Notes under the pieces: model-generated
Seen by the model: only the letters and a program-made list of their open reading frames with translations
Database searches by the model: none
Told to the model about the DNA's origin: nothing
Part shown: piece after piece, positions 8,709 to 17,509 of the stretch
Position numbering within the stretch: the stretch's first letter is position 1
How the letters are laid out: every line of letters begins with the position of its first letter
Translations under genes and position numbers: made by a program
Assembly (NCBI GenBank): GCA_036277095.1
Contig: DASUNP010000004.1
Coordinates: 115,300 to 179,299 of the forward strand
Source of the DNA: Blastocatellia bacterium
GTDB lineage: Bacteria; Acidobacteriota; Blastocatellia; UBA7656
Direction: 5' to 3'
Length of the DNA stretch: 64,000 nt

Positions 8709-10226
8709 CTAGACCAGCGCGCGATACCCTTCCGATTTGCGAAGCGCGCGCGGCTGTTTTCTTGTCGTCATCCTTGCCTTGATTACAGCCCCAAGGCGTT
8801 TGATTCCTTCTTCGATTAAAGGGGGACTTGCCATCGTGAAACAGAGCCGCATCATATTCATCTTCGGCGCGGTTGAATAGAAATGGCTCCCCGGACTGAA
8901 GATCACTCCGTTCTCTGCCGCATGGACTAGAACCTCGTCCGCGTTTAGCATCCCCGGTAGCGTGACCCATACAGCCATGCCGCCGGCGGGACGTGTCCAC
9001 TTTGCCTCCGCCGGAAAATGCTTCTCAAGCGCCTGGAGCATGGCGTCTCGCTGCTGGCGATAAGCCCTTCTCACGCGCTTGATATGTTTTTGTAAAAGGC
9101 CATGCCGCGAGAATTCATAGACCGCCGCCTGTGTAAGCAGGCTCGCATGCAGATCGCAATGCTGCTTTGCCACGTTCAGGTGATCGATGACCTCGCGAGG
9201 CGCTACGATCCAGCCTACGCGCAAGCCCGGAAAACCGACTTTTGAAAAACTGCCGATCGAGATCACAACGCCGTGATCGTCGAGCGCTTTAAGGGATGGG
9301 AGCGTTGGCCCGTCGTAACGCAGCTCACTGTAAATATCATCTTCGATGATCGGAACGCGGTGCTTTATTGCCAGCCCCAGCAGCCTGTGGCGCGCGAGCA
9401 TATCCAGAGTCGTTCCGGTAGGGTTTTGATAGGTCGGCACGGTGTAAATAAGCTTGGGCCTGCGACGCGACAAAACGTCTTCGAGCGTATCCAGGTCCAT
9501 CCCCTTGTCCGTCACGGGCACGCTTATGAACTTTGACCCCGCCCCGCAGAAAATGCTCAACGCACCCGGGTAGGTCGGATTCTCCAAGACCACTTCGTCG
9601 CCGGGCCCGACAAAGACCCTCCTCATCAAATCGAGCGACTGCTGGCAACCGTTTGTAATCAGTAATTCGGCAGGCTTCGCGTCAATGCCCGAAGCCGACA
9701 GTTGCGAGCTGAGGGATTGCCGGAGCGGCTCGTAGCCGCTGCTCATTCCTAGTTGAAGCAAGTTTCTGCCGTCCCGCCTCAGCACGCGGTCCACGCAGCG
9801 TCGAAACTCGTCGAGCGGGAACATCTCCGCCTGCGGGAGCCCCCACGCCAGCGAGATAGTCTCCTTTCGCTGTTGGGCGTGGAGCAGGGGACTGAGCCAG
9901 ATGTCCCCCGTCTGGTCGGCCAGCAGCGAGTCCCACACGATTGGAGAAGCCACAACCGGAGCGGCCGGCGCGCGACTCTTTGGAACCGCGCTGACAAAAG
10001 TGCCACGCCCTACGTGAGAAGTAATCAACCCGTCGGCTTCAAGCTCGGCATAAGCATTGCTCACCGTCGTGCGGTTCACGCCAAGCGTTTCGGCAAGCTC
10101 GCGATTGGCAGGCAACCGGTCGCCGACCTTCAACGCGCCGCGCGAGATCATCTCGCGGACCTGCGTGACCACCTGTAGGTAGAGCGGAATGCGGCTTTTT
10201 CGGTCGAGCTCAAGAATCATCATCAA
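8709..10226 (-). CDS. MocR/GntR-family transcriptional regulator with aminotransferase-like domain (PdxR-like)
   Basis: N-terminal GntR wHTH (IPLYLQVVTQVREMISRGALKVGDRLPANRELAETLGVNRTTVSNAYAELEADGLI). It is fused to a roughly 400-aa aminotransferase-like domain (SFSKVGFPGLRVGW). Sits upstream of, and co-oriented with, the aminotransferase-phzF-pdxS-pdxT string. Confidence 0.85.
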   Translation of the reverse strand: MMMILELDRKSRIPLYLQVVTQVREMISRGALKVGDRLPANRELAETLGVNRTTVSNAYAELEADGLITSHVGRGTFVSAVPKSRAPAAPVVASPIVWDSLLADQTGDIWLSPLLHAQQRKETISLAWGLPQAEMFPLDEFRRCVDRVLRRDGRNLLQLGMSSGYEPLRQSLSSQLSASGIDAKPAELLITNGCQQSLDLMRRVFVGPGDEVVLENPTYPGALSIFCGAGSKFISVPVTDKGMDLDTLEDVLSRRRPKLIYTVPTYQNPTGTTLDMLARHRLLGLAIKHRVPIIEDDIYSELRYDGPTLPSLKALDDHGVVISIGSFSKVGFPGLRVGWIVAPREVIDHLNVAKQHCDLHASLLTQAAVYEFSRHGLLQKHIKRVRRAYRQQRDAMLQALEKHFPAEAKWTRPAGGMAVWVTLPGMLNADEVLVHAAENGVIFSPGSHFYSTAPKMNMMRLCFTMASPPLIEEGIKRLGAVIKARMTTRKQPRALRKSEGYRALV

Positions 10227-10361
10227 AATCCAAAAAAAATTGGTCTACTACTATAGGCCACTTTAGATCATTTCGACAGATTGTAAAGAGACAATATCGA
10301 GCCAATTTTTACCAGCCAATTCGCGTTGACGCCAGGCCCGTTTTTTATCAAGCTTAGACAG

Positions 10362-11243
10362 ATGCAGGTTTGGAAGCTGACAATTGAGTATGAAGGCACG
10401 CGGTATCGCGGGTGGCAGGAGCAAAAGAATGCCCGCACAATTGCGGGCGAGCTTGGCCGGGCCGCGCGAACAGTTTGCGGCCCTGAGATCGAAATCGGTG
10501 GCGCGGGTCGCACCGATGCGGGCGTACACGCGCTCGCTCAGGTGGCGCATCTCAGAACCGACAGGCGGCTGAAAACCGGCGAGCTCGCTCGGCAGCTTAA
10601 CGACAACCTCCCCGCCGACATAAACGTTTTAAAGGTGGAACAGACCACAAGAGATTTTCACGCGCGGAGGAGCGCCTTAGCCCGTAGCTACCTCTATCAA
10701 ATCTCGACGAGGCGGACGGCGTTCGCAAAGCAATACGTCTGGTGGGTTAAAGACGGCCTCGATTTTGAAGCCATGCAGAAGGTTTCAGCGTTACTGGTCG
10801 GCCGTCACAACTTCGTTAACTTCTCCGAGCCGAGCACCGATGACCGATCGACGATAGTAGTTGTGGATGCCGTAGAATTGGCTCTGGCAGCCGATCTCGT
10901 GTTGCTCCGCATTACTGCATCTCACTTTCTGTGGAAGATGGTCCGCCGCATCGTGGGTGCGCTGGTCGAGCTTGGGCGCGGGAACATCTCTCAAACGGTC
11001 TTTGCGAATCTGCTTGATCCTGAACGAATGGGACACACGCACACGGATTTCAAAGTCGCGGCGCACACCGCGCCGCCATCGGGCCTGTTTTTGGAACGGG
11101 TGATCTATGACAGGTCTGAGCGGCTTGCTCCCATCGCTCCTGCCTTCGAGGTGCGCTCGGTGTTTAATCGACTGCCTGGTCGGAGCGGATCGGAGCATTA
11201 TCCGGCGCGGCGGCCTTCGCGCGGCTCATACGGTGGCGTATGA
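10362..11243 (+). CDS. truA: tRNA pseudouridine(38-40) synthase TruA
   Basis: TruA motifs: MQVWKLTIEYEGTRYRGWQEQ..., and catalytic Asp in GAGRTDAGVHA. The ORF track starts 12 codons earlier at 10326. The 3' end overlaps the convergent dedA gene by 80 nt. Confidence 0.85.
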   Translation: MQVWKLTIEYEGTRYRGWQEQKNARTIAGELGRAARTVCGPEIEIGGAGRTDAGVHALAQVAHLRTDRRLKTGELARQLNDNLPADINVLKVEQTTRDFHARRSALARSYLYQISTRRTAFAKQYVWWVKDGLDFEAMQKVSALLVGRHNFVNFSEPSTDDRSTIVVVDAVELALAADLVLLRITASHFLWKMVRRIVGALVELGRGNISQTVFANLLDPERMGHTHTDFKVAAHTAPPSGLFLERVIYDRSERLAPIAPAFEVRSVFNRLPGRSGSEHYPARRPSRGSYGGV

Positions 11244-11856
11244 ACTCTACGATGACAGGCAAGACCGAGATCAGAACGATGACAATTATGACAATCGAGA
11301 AATTATTCTTAACGATCGGTATGTTGCCGAAAAAGTACCCCGCGAAGACGCAGATGCCCACCCACAGAATTCCGCCGACTACGTTGTAGGTTATAAAGCG
11401 CCAGTAAGTCATGCTGCCGATGCCGGCGACGAACGGAGCGAATGTTCGAATGATCGGGATAAACCTCGCGATGATGATCGTCTTACCGCCATATTTTTCA
11501 TAAAAGGCGTGTGTACGCTCCAGATATTTTTTGTTTAAGAAACGGACATCATCTTTGTAGAAAACCCTTGGCCCGACGTAATGGCCTAACCAATAGTTGA
11601 CTGTGTCCCCGATAATTGCGGCCACACTTAAAAGGACGAAAAGCAACCAAACATTCAGCCCCCTGCCAGCCGCAAACGTTCCGGCAGCAAACAGCAACGA
11701 ATCGCCGGGAAGGAATGGGGTTATCACAAGCCCCGTCTCGGCGAAGATGATCAGAAAAAGAATGAGGTAGGTCCAAAAGCCATAGTTCTTGATAATGTCC
11801 TCAAGTTTATCGTCGAGGTGAAGAAAAAAATCGAGTATATCCTTTATTAATTCCAT
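11164..11856 (-). CDS. DedA/SNARE-associated family membrane protein
   Basis: Multi-pass membrane protein with the DedA core: FLPGDSLLFAAG...IGDTVNYWLGHYVG. Confidence 0.8.
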   Translation of the reverse strand: MELIKDILDFFLHLDDKLEDIIKNYGFWTYLILFLIIFAETGLVITPFLPGDSLLFAAGTFAAGRGLNVWLLFVLLSVAAIIGDTVNYWLGHYVGPRVFYKDDVRFLNKKYLERTHAFYEKYGGKTIIIARFIPIIRTFAPFVAGIGSMTYWRFITYNVVGGILWVGICVFAGYFFGNIPIVKNNFSIVIIVIVLISVLPVIVEFIRHRMSRAKAAAPDNAPIRSDQAVD

Positions 11857-11910
11857 GTCTGGTCAATCATCTTTCGAGAGAATCTATTATGCTTGAAACT
11901 CGTGGCCGCG

Positions 11911-12618
11911 CTAAGAAGGCCATCCGTGCCGCCCGATCAATTTCACAAACTGGCAGAGCCCGTGTTCTTCGACCACTCTCCCCGTCTCTGTCTTGATGAC
12001 GCGGACGAGCGTCTGGCGTTGAGTGTCTCCGACAGGTATGACCAGGCGGCCGCCCGTCGCGAGCTGCGCGACCAGCGGCTCAGGAATCTCAGGCCCGCCC
12101 GCCGCCACAAGTATCCCGTCATACGGCGCATGCTCGCTCCACCCAATGGTGCCGTCAAACCATTTCACTGTCGCGTTATAACAGCCGAGCTTTCGGATGT
12201 TCGCCTGCGCTTTGCGCGCCAGGTCCCCGATCCTTTCGATTGCAAATACTCGACCCGCTACGGCCGAAAGCACCGCCGTCTGGTAGCCCGAGCCCGCGCC
12301 AATCTCAAGGACCGTTGAGTCTTTGTCGACCTCAAGAAGCTCCGTCATCCGCGCGACCATATAGGGCTGAGAGATTGTCTGCATTTCGCCTATAGGGAGC
12401 GCGTGGTCGCCATAGGCCTTCGCGACGAGAGCGTCGGGGACGAACAGGTGTCGCGGCACATCTTCCATAGCGCGCAAGACCCACTCGTCACGTATCCCGC
12501 GACTCTTGAGCAATTCGATCATCCGCGCCCGCTGCCCCTGGTAGAGAAGCGATGCGGGGTTTTCATTAAAGATGTGATTCTGTCTCATCGTGGTTGTGTT
12601 TCGAAGGCTATATCCCAA
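11911..12618 (-). CDS. pcm: protein-L-isoaspartate O-methyltransferase
   Basis: SAM-binding motif VLEIGAGSGYQTAVLS plus the PCMT post-I/II regions. Adjacent to surE, the classic surE-pcm order. An alternative start at 12588 (MRQNH...) lies 3 nt downstream of the surE stop; the track start at 12618 overlaps the 3' end of surE by 34 nt. Confidence 0.85.
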   Translation of the reverse strand: MGYSLRNTTTMRQNHIFNENPASLLYQGQRARMIELLKSRGIRDEWVLRAMEDVPRHLFVPDALVAKAYGDHALPIGEMQTISQPYMVARMTELLEVDKDSTVLEIGAGSGYQTAVLSAVAGRVFAIERIGDLARKAQANIRKLGCYNATVKWFDGTIGWSEHAPYDGILVAAGGPEIPEPLVAQLATGGRLVIPVGDTQRQTLVRVIKTETGRVVEEHGLCQFVKLIGRHGWPS

Positions 12619-13349
12619 TCCCTTGATCTTATCTCTTCAAGCATTCGGTAGTCTGTAAGGTCGTTTCTGAGCGGCGTGATCGATACGAGCCCCTGGCGCA
12701 GCGCCTCGTAATCCGTGCCTTCCTCCTCGTTCCACGTCAGGGCCTCCTCGCCGATCCAGTAATACTTCCTCTGGCGGGGGTCCGTGCCTTCGATGATCGT
12801 CGGCTTGATTATTTTTGTCCCCTGGCGTGTCACACGCACGCCTCGAACGGGGCCGGGCGGCAGGTTGACGTTCAACAGCGTGCCGCGAGGCAGCCCGTTG
12901 TCGAGCACTCTGCGAGCAAGGTTGGCGGCGAACTCTGAGGCGTGAGTGAACTCAAAGTCAACGCGCTGCACAAGGCTGACGGCAATGCCGGGAAGCCCGT
13001 AAATCGACGCTTCGAGCGCGCCGGCAACTGTCCCGGAATAGCTTACGTCGTCGCCCAGGTTCCCGCCCTTGTTGACGCCCGAAAGCACTATGTCGGGCGG
13101 GTTCTCTTTTAGAATTTTGTTCATCGCGAGCGTGACGCAATCCGTTGGCGTCCCGTCGACAGAGTAGTGCGCGTCATCTATCTTTTCGATGCGAAGCGGG
13201 CGTGTCAAAGTCAGCGAGTGAGACGCGGCGCTCATTTCGTGAGCGGGGGCGACGACGATCACGTCCCCGAGCGTGCCGAGGGCTTCGGCCAATGCGATGA
13301 TGCCTGCGGAATGTATGCCGTCGTCGTTTGTTACCAATATTCTCGGCAT
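12585..13349 (-). CDS. surE: 5'/3'-nucleotidase SurE
   Basis: MPRILVTNDDGIHSAGI is the conserved SurE N-terminus. The start was trimmed from the track ORF (13475) to the ATG at 13349, giving 255 aa. Confidence 0.85.
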   Translation of the reverse strand: MPRILVTNDDGIHSAGIIALAEALGTLGDVIVVAPAHEMSAASHSLTLTRPLRIEKIDDAHYSVDGTPTDCVTLAMNKILKENPPDIVLSGVNKGGNLGDDVSYSGTVAGALEASIYGLPGIAVSLVQRVDFEFTHASEFAANLARRVLDNGLPRGTLLNVNLPPGPVRGVRVTRQGTKIIKPTIIEGTDPRQRKYYWIGEEALTWNEEEGTDYEALRQGLVSITPLRNDLTDYRMLEEIRSRDWDIAFETQPR

Positions 13350-13433
13350 AAAAAAGAAGGCCCGGGAGAGAGAACAAACGACCGAGGCCCACAATCTGAA
13401 TCTATTGCAAATGAATAAAGAGATTGAATTTAA

Positions 13434-13507
13434 TCGGGACGACTGGATTTGAACCAGCGACCTCTTCCACCCCAAGGAAGCGCGCTACCAGGCTGCGCCA
13501 CGTCCCG
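13434..13507 (-). tRNA. tRNA-Pro (anticodon GGG)
   Basis: Reverse complement reads CGGGACGTGGCGCAGCCTGGTAGCGCGCTTCCTTGGGGTGGAAGAGGTCGCTGGTTCAAATCCAGTCGTCCCGA. It has a 7-bp acceptor stem, a D-loop AGCCTGGTAG and a T-loop GGTTCAAATCC. The anticodon loop is CUUGGGGU, so the anticodon is GGG. CCA is not encoded. Confidence 0.8.
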
Positions 13508-13536
13508 TTCTGCTAACCAACAATGAGCCGTTTTGC

Positions 13537-14013
13537 TCAACTTTTGATGCTAGCATTCGAGTTCAGCAATGTCAATAAATCCTCAAGATCGCGCTTGATG
13601 ACCCTCAGCGCGCGGCGGGCTTGGGGTGTGATGGTCTGCTCCGAGACTGTTTCAATCGGCTCGGAGATAGGGACATCGTCGGCCTCATCCGGCAATGCGG
13701 GAAGCTCTGCCGGTGACGAGTCGGGTGCTACATTTTTCCCTCGCGTTGAACTCCCACGCATCTCGTCCATCAGCTTCTTTTTCGCGCCTGCTATCGTGAA
13801 TTTCTCTTCATACAGGAGGTCGCGTATGCGCAAAACCATCTCGACATCTTTCCGGCGGTAAACGCGCTGGCCCGCCCGATTCTTCTGCGGAGCAAGCATG
13901 GGGAATTCCGTCTCCCAGTACCGGAGGACGTGCGGCTGCACCTTTATCAGCTCGCAGACTTCTCCTATCCTGAAGAATAGTTTCTCTGGGATTCTTGACG
14001 AGACTTCCATCAT
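13537..14013 (-). CDS. MerR-family transcriptional regulator
   Basis: N-terminal MerR HTH: FRIGEVCELIKVQPHVLRYWETEFPMLAPQKNRAGQRVYRRKDVEMVLRIRDLL. Confidence 0.75.
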   Translation of the reverse strand: MMEVSSRIPEKLFFRIGEVCELIKVQPHVLRYWETEFPMLAPQKNRAGQRVYRRKDVEMVLRIRDLLYEEKFTIAGAKKKLMDEMRGSSTRGKNVAPDSSPAELPALPDEADDVPISEPIETVSEQTITPQARRALRVIKRDLEDLLTLLNSNASIKS

Positions 14014-14040
14014 ACAATCGCGCGCCCTTCGAGCAGGCCA

Positions 14041-14310
14041 TCAGACAGAGCGGATCGAGCGGGAAGGACGGAAGACCAGAGCACGACGGCCGGACAGCAA
14101 TATCTCTTCGCCCGTCCTGGGGTTTCGGCCTCGCCGTGGTTTACGCCTAACAACCTCGAGCGTGCCGAACCCAACTATATGAACCTCTTCGCCCTGCAGG
14201 AGCCTCTCTTTTATCACGTCAAATACCAGATCTACCAGACGCAAAGCTTCTCGATTTGTCAGGTCGCCGTGATTCTCATAAACGATTCGTGCGAGATCGG
14301 CCTTGGTCAT
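14041..14310 (-). CDS. integration host factor / HU-family DNA-binding protein
   Basis: MTKADLARIV...GEEVHIVGFGTLEVVRRKPRRGRNPRTGEEI matches the bacterial DNA-binding protein arm (IHF/HU). Start trimmed to MTKADL. Confidence 0.75.
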   Translation of the reverse strand: MTKADLARIVYENHGDLTNREALRLVDLVFDVIKERLLQGEEVHIVGFGTLEVVRRKPRRGRNPRTGEEILLSGRRALVFRPSRSIRSV

Positions 14311-14503
14311 CGCGTGATTGCCCCATGCCCCAGGTCCGAAGCGCGTGGCCTGACATCCACGGCACACCTCGCAGCTTCTCCAGGCGTTTTTCGCCTGCCT
14401 TATGTTATGCGTTTAAATTGGCCGTGTCAATGGATTTGATCTGAAAAACGCCACAATGACAGCGGTTTAGGCGCAGATTGTGAAAGCAATCTGTCAACCC
14501 TTC

Positions 14504-16156
14504 CTAGATGCCGCTCGCTGCAGTCGACTCTTCAAGCGCAGGGCTTGGAAGGCTGGATTCAAACTTGACCGACACGCGAAATATCCCTCGGAACCACCGC
14601 GCCTTCCGGTCTGCCGACCATAACTCAAGCTCGGCTCCCGAGTCGCTCTCAAGATGCATTGTCACGGTCGCGCCTTTAATCTCGCACCGCACGTCGCCGA
14701 CCAGTTGCTGGTGCGAGCGGTCCAGCCCGTCGGCAATCTGTAGAATCGCGGCGAGCTTCAGGACGTTCGCGCGGTGGCTCCGCTCGACGCTCAAAAAGTC
14801 TTCGTGCTCGCGACGCATCCGCGCGTCGACGGCTTTTTTCGGCATCGAGCCTCTGTGATACCTGACGACCGCAGCCATGATTGCGATCTCGTTACCATTA
14901 AAGCCCGGCATCTCGGAATTCTTTATCAAGTAAAGGCTGTGACGGTGATGGTTGTTAGGCGCGATGTGGTAGCCGATGTCGTGAAGCAGCGAGGCGTATT
15001 CGAGCAAGTTGCGTTCCTGGTCGCCCATCCCGTGGAGGTCCTGCGTGTCGTCGAATATTCTGGTCGCCAGCCTCGCCACGTGATGCGAGTGCGTCGCGTC
15101 GTAATCGTAACGCCGCGCGACTGACAGAACCGACCTCTTGCGGATGTCGGGAGGCCCGCTCGTATCAATCAAGGGAGCAGAATTGATTCCCGCCTCTATC
15201 GCGTGGGGCTCCGCTGCGAGCTTGCGCAGGTGATTGAGTATAACTCCTTCTCTCAACGACCAGTCACAGCTCGTAATCTCTTTCGCGCCCAGCGCCGACA
15301 TTATTGTTTCAAGCAGCAAGCCCCCGGCTACAACGATGTCTGCGCGATCTTTTTCAATCCCTGGCACGCGCCCACGCTCTCGCAAGGTCATGCTTGAAAG
15401 ACGCCTGTTAAGGCGCTTGATCTGAGAGAGCGTGACGGTCTGGCTGAACGGCTCGTAGTCGGAATGGTCCTCAATGTGCGCGGCCGCCTCGGCCTGTACA
15501 ATCGCGCTTACCATGTTGAGGACCGTTCCTGAAGTTCCCATCACAAAATCGAAGCCAAGCCGCTTGATCTCCCACACGACTCGCGTCAAATCGGCACGGA
15601 TAGTGGCCGTCAAACGATCGCGCTCTTCATGTGAGATGGGATCCGTAGTTATGAACTTCTCTGAGAGGCGGACGGCTCCGAGCCGTATCGACAGCAATAA
15701 CTCCGGGCCCGCTCCGCTCGTTACGATGAACTCAGTCGACCCGCCGCCGATGTCTATGATTAGCGCGCGGCGACCGTTAAAGTCCGTTACCTCCGAGACT
15801 GCTAGCGCGATCAAGCGAGCCTCTTCGACGCCCGGCAGCAGATGAACGTGGAGCCCGACTTCCTGTCGAACAGTCTCTATAAACTCGTCTGCGTTGTGAG
15901 ATTCGCGAACGGCGGCCGTCGCTGTCGCTATGATCAAATCGACGCGATTTGCTTCCGCCATCTGCTTGAAACGGCGCAGCGTCGTGATCGCGCGCTCGAT
16001 GGTTTGCTTCGACAGCTTGTGCGCCCGAAGGGTACCGGACCCGAGCCGCACCATCTCTTTTTCTCGGTCGATTATTTCGAGGTGTTGCCCCGGCTCCGCG
16101 CGAACTATTACCAGGTGTATCGAATTCGAGCCAATGTCTATTGCAGCAAGCTTCAT
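14504..16156 (-). CDS. Ppx/GppA family exopolyphosphatase / guanosine pentaphosphate phosphohydrolase with C-terminal HD domain
   Basis: N-terminal actin-like ATPase motifs AAIDIGSNSIHLVIV and IIDIGGGSTEF. C-terminal HD region (HHRHSLYLI). Confidence 0.85.
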   Translation of the reverse strand: MKLAAIDIGSNSIHLVIVRAEPGQHLEIIDREKEMVRLGSGTLRAHKLSKQTIERAITTLRRFKQMAEANRVDLIIATATAAVRESHNADEFIETVRQEVGLHVHLLPGVEEARLIALAVSEVTDFNGRRALIIDIGGGSTEFIVTSGAGPELLLSIRLGAVRLSEKFITTDPISHEERDRLTATIRADLTRVVWEIKRLGFDFVMGTSGTVLNMVSAIVQAEAAAHIEDHSDYEPFSQTVTLSQIKRLNRRLSSMTLRERGRVPGIEKDRADIVVAGGLLLETIMSALGAKEITSCDWSLREGVILNHLRKLAAEPHAIEAGINSAPLIDTSGPPDIRKRSVLSVARRYDYDATHSHHVARLATRIFDDTQDLHGMGDQERNLLEYASLLHDIGYHIAPNNHHRHSLYLIKNSEMPGFNGNEIAIMAAVVRYHRGSMPKKAVDARMRREHEDFLSVERSHRANVLKLAAILQIADGLDRSHQQLVGDVRCEIKGATVTMHLESDSGAELELWSADRKARWFRGIFRVSVKFESSLPSPALEESTAASGI

Positions 16157-16221
16157 AATTACTCCGCGAAAGTAAAAAGTATAACTAGACTCTTATGGGT
16201 TTCAAAACAATTGCTATTAAC

Positions 16222-17436
16222 CTATTCATCGTCCAGGTGAAAGAGATCGTGAACCAGTTTCACGGCCCGTTCGGCGTCCGTATCGCTTATGGCGCAGCTT
16301 ATTCTGATATCAGAAGAGGAGATCATCTTGATGTTGATGCCGGCCTGGCCGAGCGCGGAAAACATGCGTGCGGCGATGTCGGGTTGATCCATCAACCCCG
16401 CGCCGACTATGCTCAGCTTTGCAACGTCCCTGTCCGCGATTATGCCCTGAGCGCCAATGCGAGCCGATACCTCTTCGAGCACAGCGCGCGCGGTATCAAG
16501 GTCGCTCCTTCTTACAGTGAATGTAATGTCATTGACCGATCCGTCTTGATGAAACGCCTGAATAATCATATCGACGCTCACTCGGCGTTCGGCGAGCGCC
16601 CCGAAGATATCTCCGGCGACGCCCGGGCGATCAGGGACCTTCAAGATAGCGAGCCGCGCCTGATCTCGGTCGATTGTGACGCCGCCGACGGGGCGATAGA
16701 TCTCCATCTCCTCCGCTCCTAAAAGAATGGTTCCATCGTGCTCAGGGTTAAAAGTATTCCTGACCCTCACTCTCAAATGATGCTTGCGCGCAAGCTCGAC
16801 CGCGCGTGGGTGAAGCACCTGCGCGCCAACGCGCGCCATCTCAAGCATCTCTTCGTATGAAATCTCTTTAAGCAAGCGCGCGGTCGAAACAATGTTCGGG
16901 TCCGCCGTATAAACCCCGTTGACATCTGTGTAGATGTCGCAAGCATCTGCCCCGATGGCTGCTGCAATTGCGACCGCCGTTGTGTCCGACCCGCCGCGCC
17001 CAAGCGTAGTCACGTCGCCGTCCTTCGTAGCGCCTTGAAACCCCGCTGCGACCACTATGAACCCATCCTTCAAATAACCAAGAATGCGGTCAGTTTTTAT
17101 ATCAACGATTCGGGCAGCCGTGTGAACGCTCTCGGTAGTGATCCCGATCTGCGCCCCCGTGAGCGATATGGCGCGCACGCCAAGCTCGCTCAGGGCCATC
17201 GCAACGAGAGCAATCGATATCTGCTCTCCGGTCGCAAGCAGCGCGTCAAGCTCGCGGCGGTTCGGCTGAGGACTGGTCTGCCTGGCAATCTTGACAAGAT
17301 AATCTGTCGTATCGCCCATCGCGGAGACGACAACCACGACGGGCTCGCGAGCGGCGGCGCGGGCCGCAATGCTCGCGACATTCTTTATCCGCGCTATCGA
17401 TTTGACCGAAGTCCCGCCGAACTTTTGAACGAGCAT
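16222..17436 (-). CDS. lysC: aspartate kinase
   Basis: MLVQKFGGTSV... VVVVSAMGDTTD, the amino-acid kinase fold. C-terminal ACT domains. Confidence 0.9.
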   Translation of the reverse strand: MLVQKFGGTSVKSIARIKNVASIAARAAAREPVVVVVSAMGDTTDYLVKIARQTSPQPNRRELDALLATGEQISIALVAMALSELGVRAISLTGAQIGITTESVHTAARIVDIKTDRILGYLKDGFIVVAAGFQGATKDGDVTTLGRGGSDTTAVAIAAAIGADACDIYTDVNGVYTADPNIVSTARLLKEISYEEMLEMARVGAQVLHPRAVELARKHHLRVRVRNTFNPEHDGTILLGAEEMEIYRPVGGVTIDRDQARLAILKVPDRPGVAGDIFGALAERRVSVDMIIQAFHQDGSVNDITFTVRRSDLDTARAVLEEVSARIGAQGIIADRDVAKLSIVGAGLMDQPDIAARMFSALGQAGINIKMISSSDIRISCAISDTDAERAVKLVHDLFHLDDE

Positions 17437-17439
17437 AAT

Positions 17440-17509
17440 CAGAATCAGAAGTCAGGAGTCAGAAATCAGAATCTTTATTTGCTCCATGTCCTCATTCTGA
17501 CTTCTGACT
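17440..17509. repeat. hairpin built from TCAGAA-like tandem repeats between the hom stop and the lysC start
   Basis: Left arm gagtcagaaatcagaat (17456-17472) pairs with right arm attctgacttctgact (17494-17509) over 16 bp with one mismatch. The loop is about 21 nt. The right arm overlaps the hom stop codon. Confidence 0.6.
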
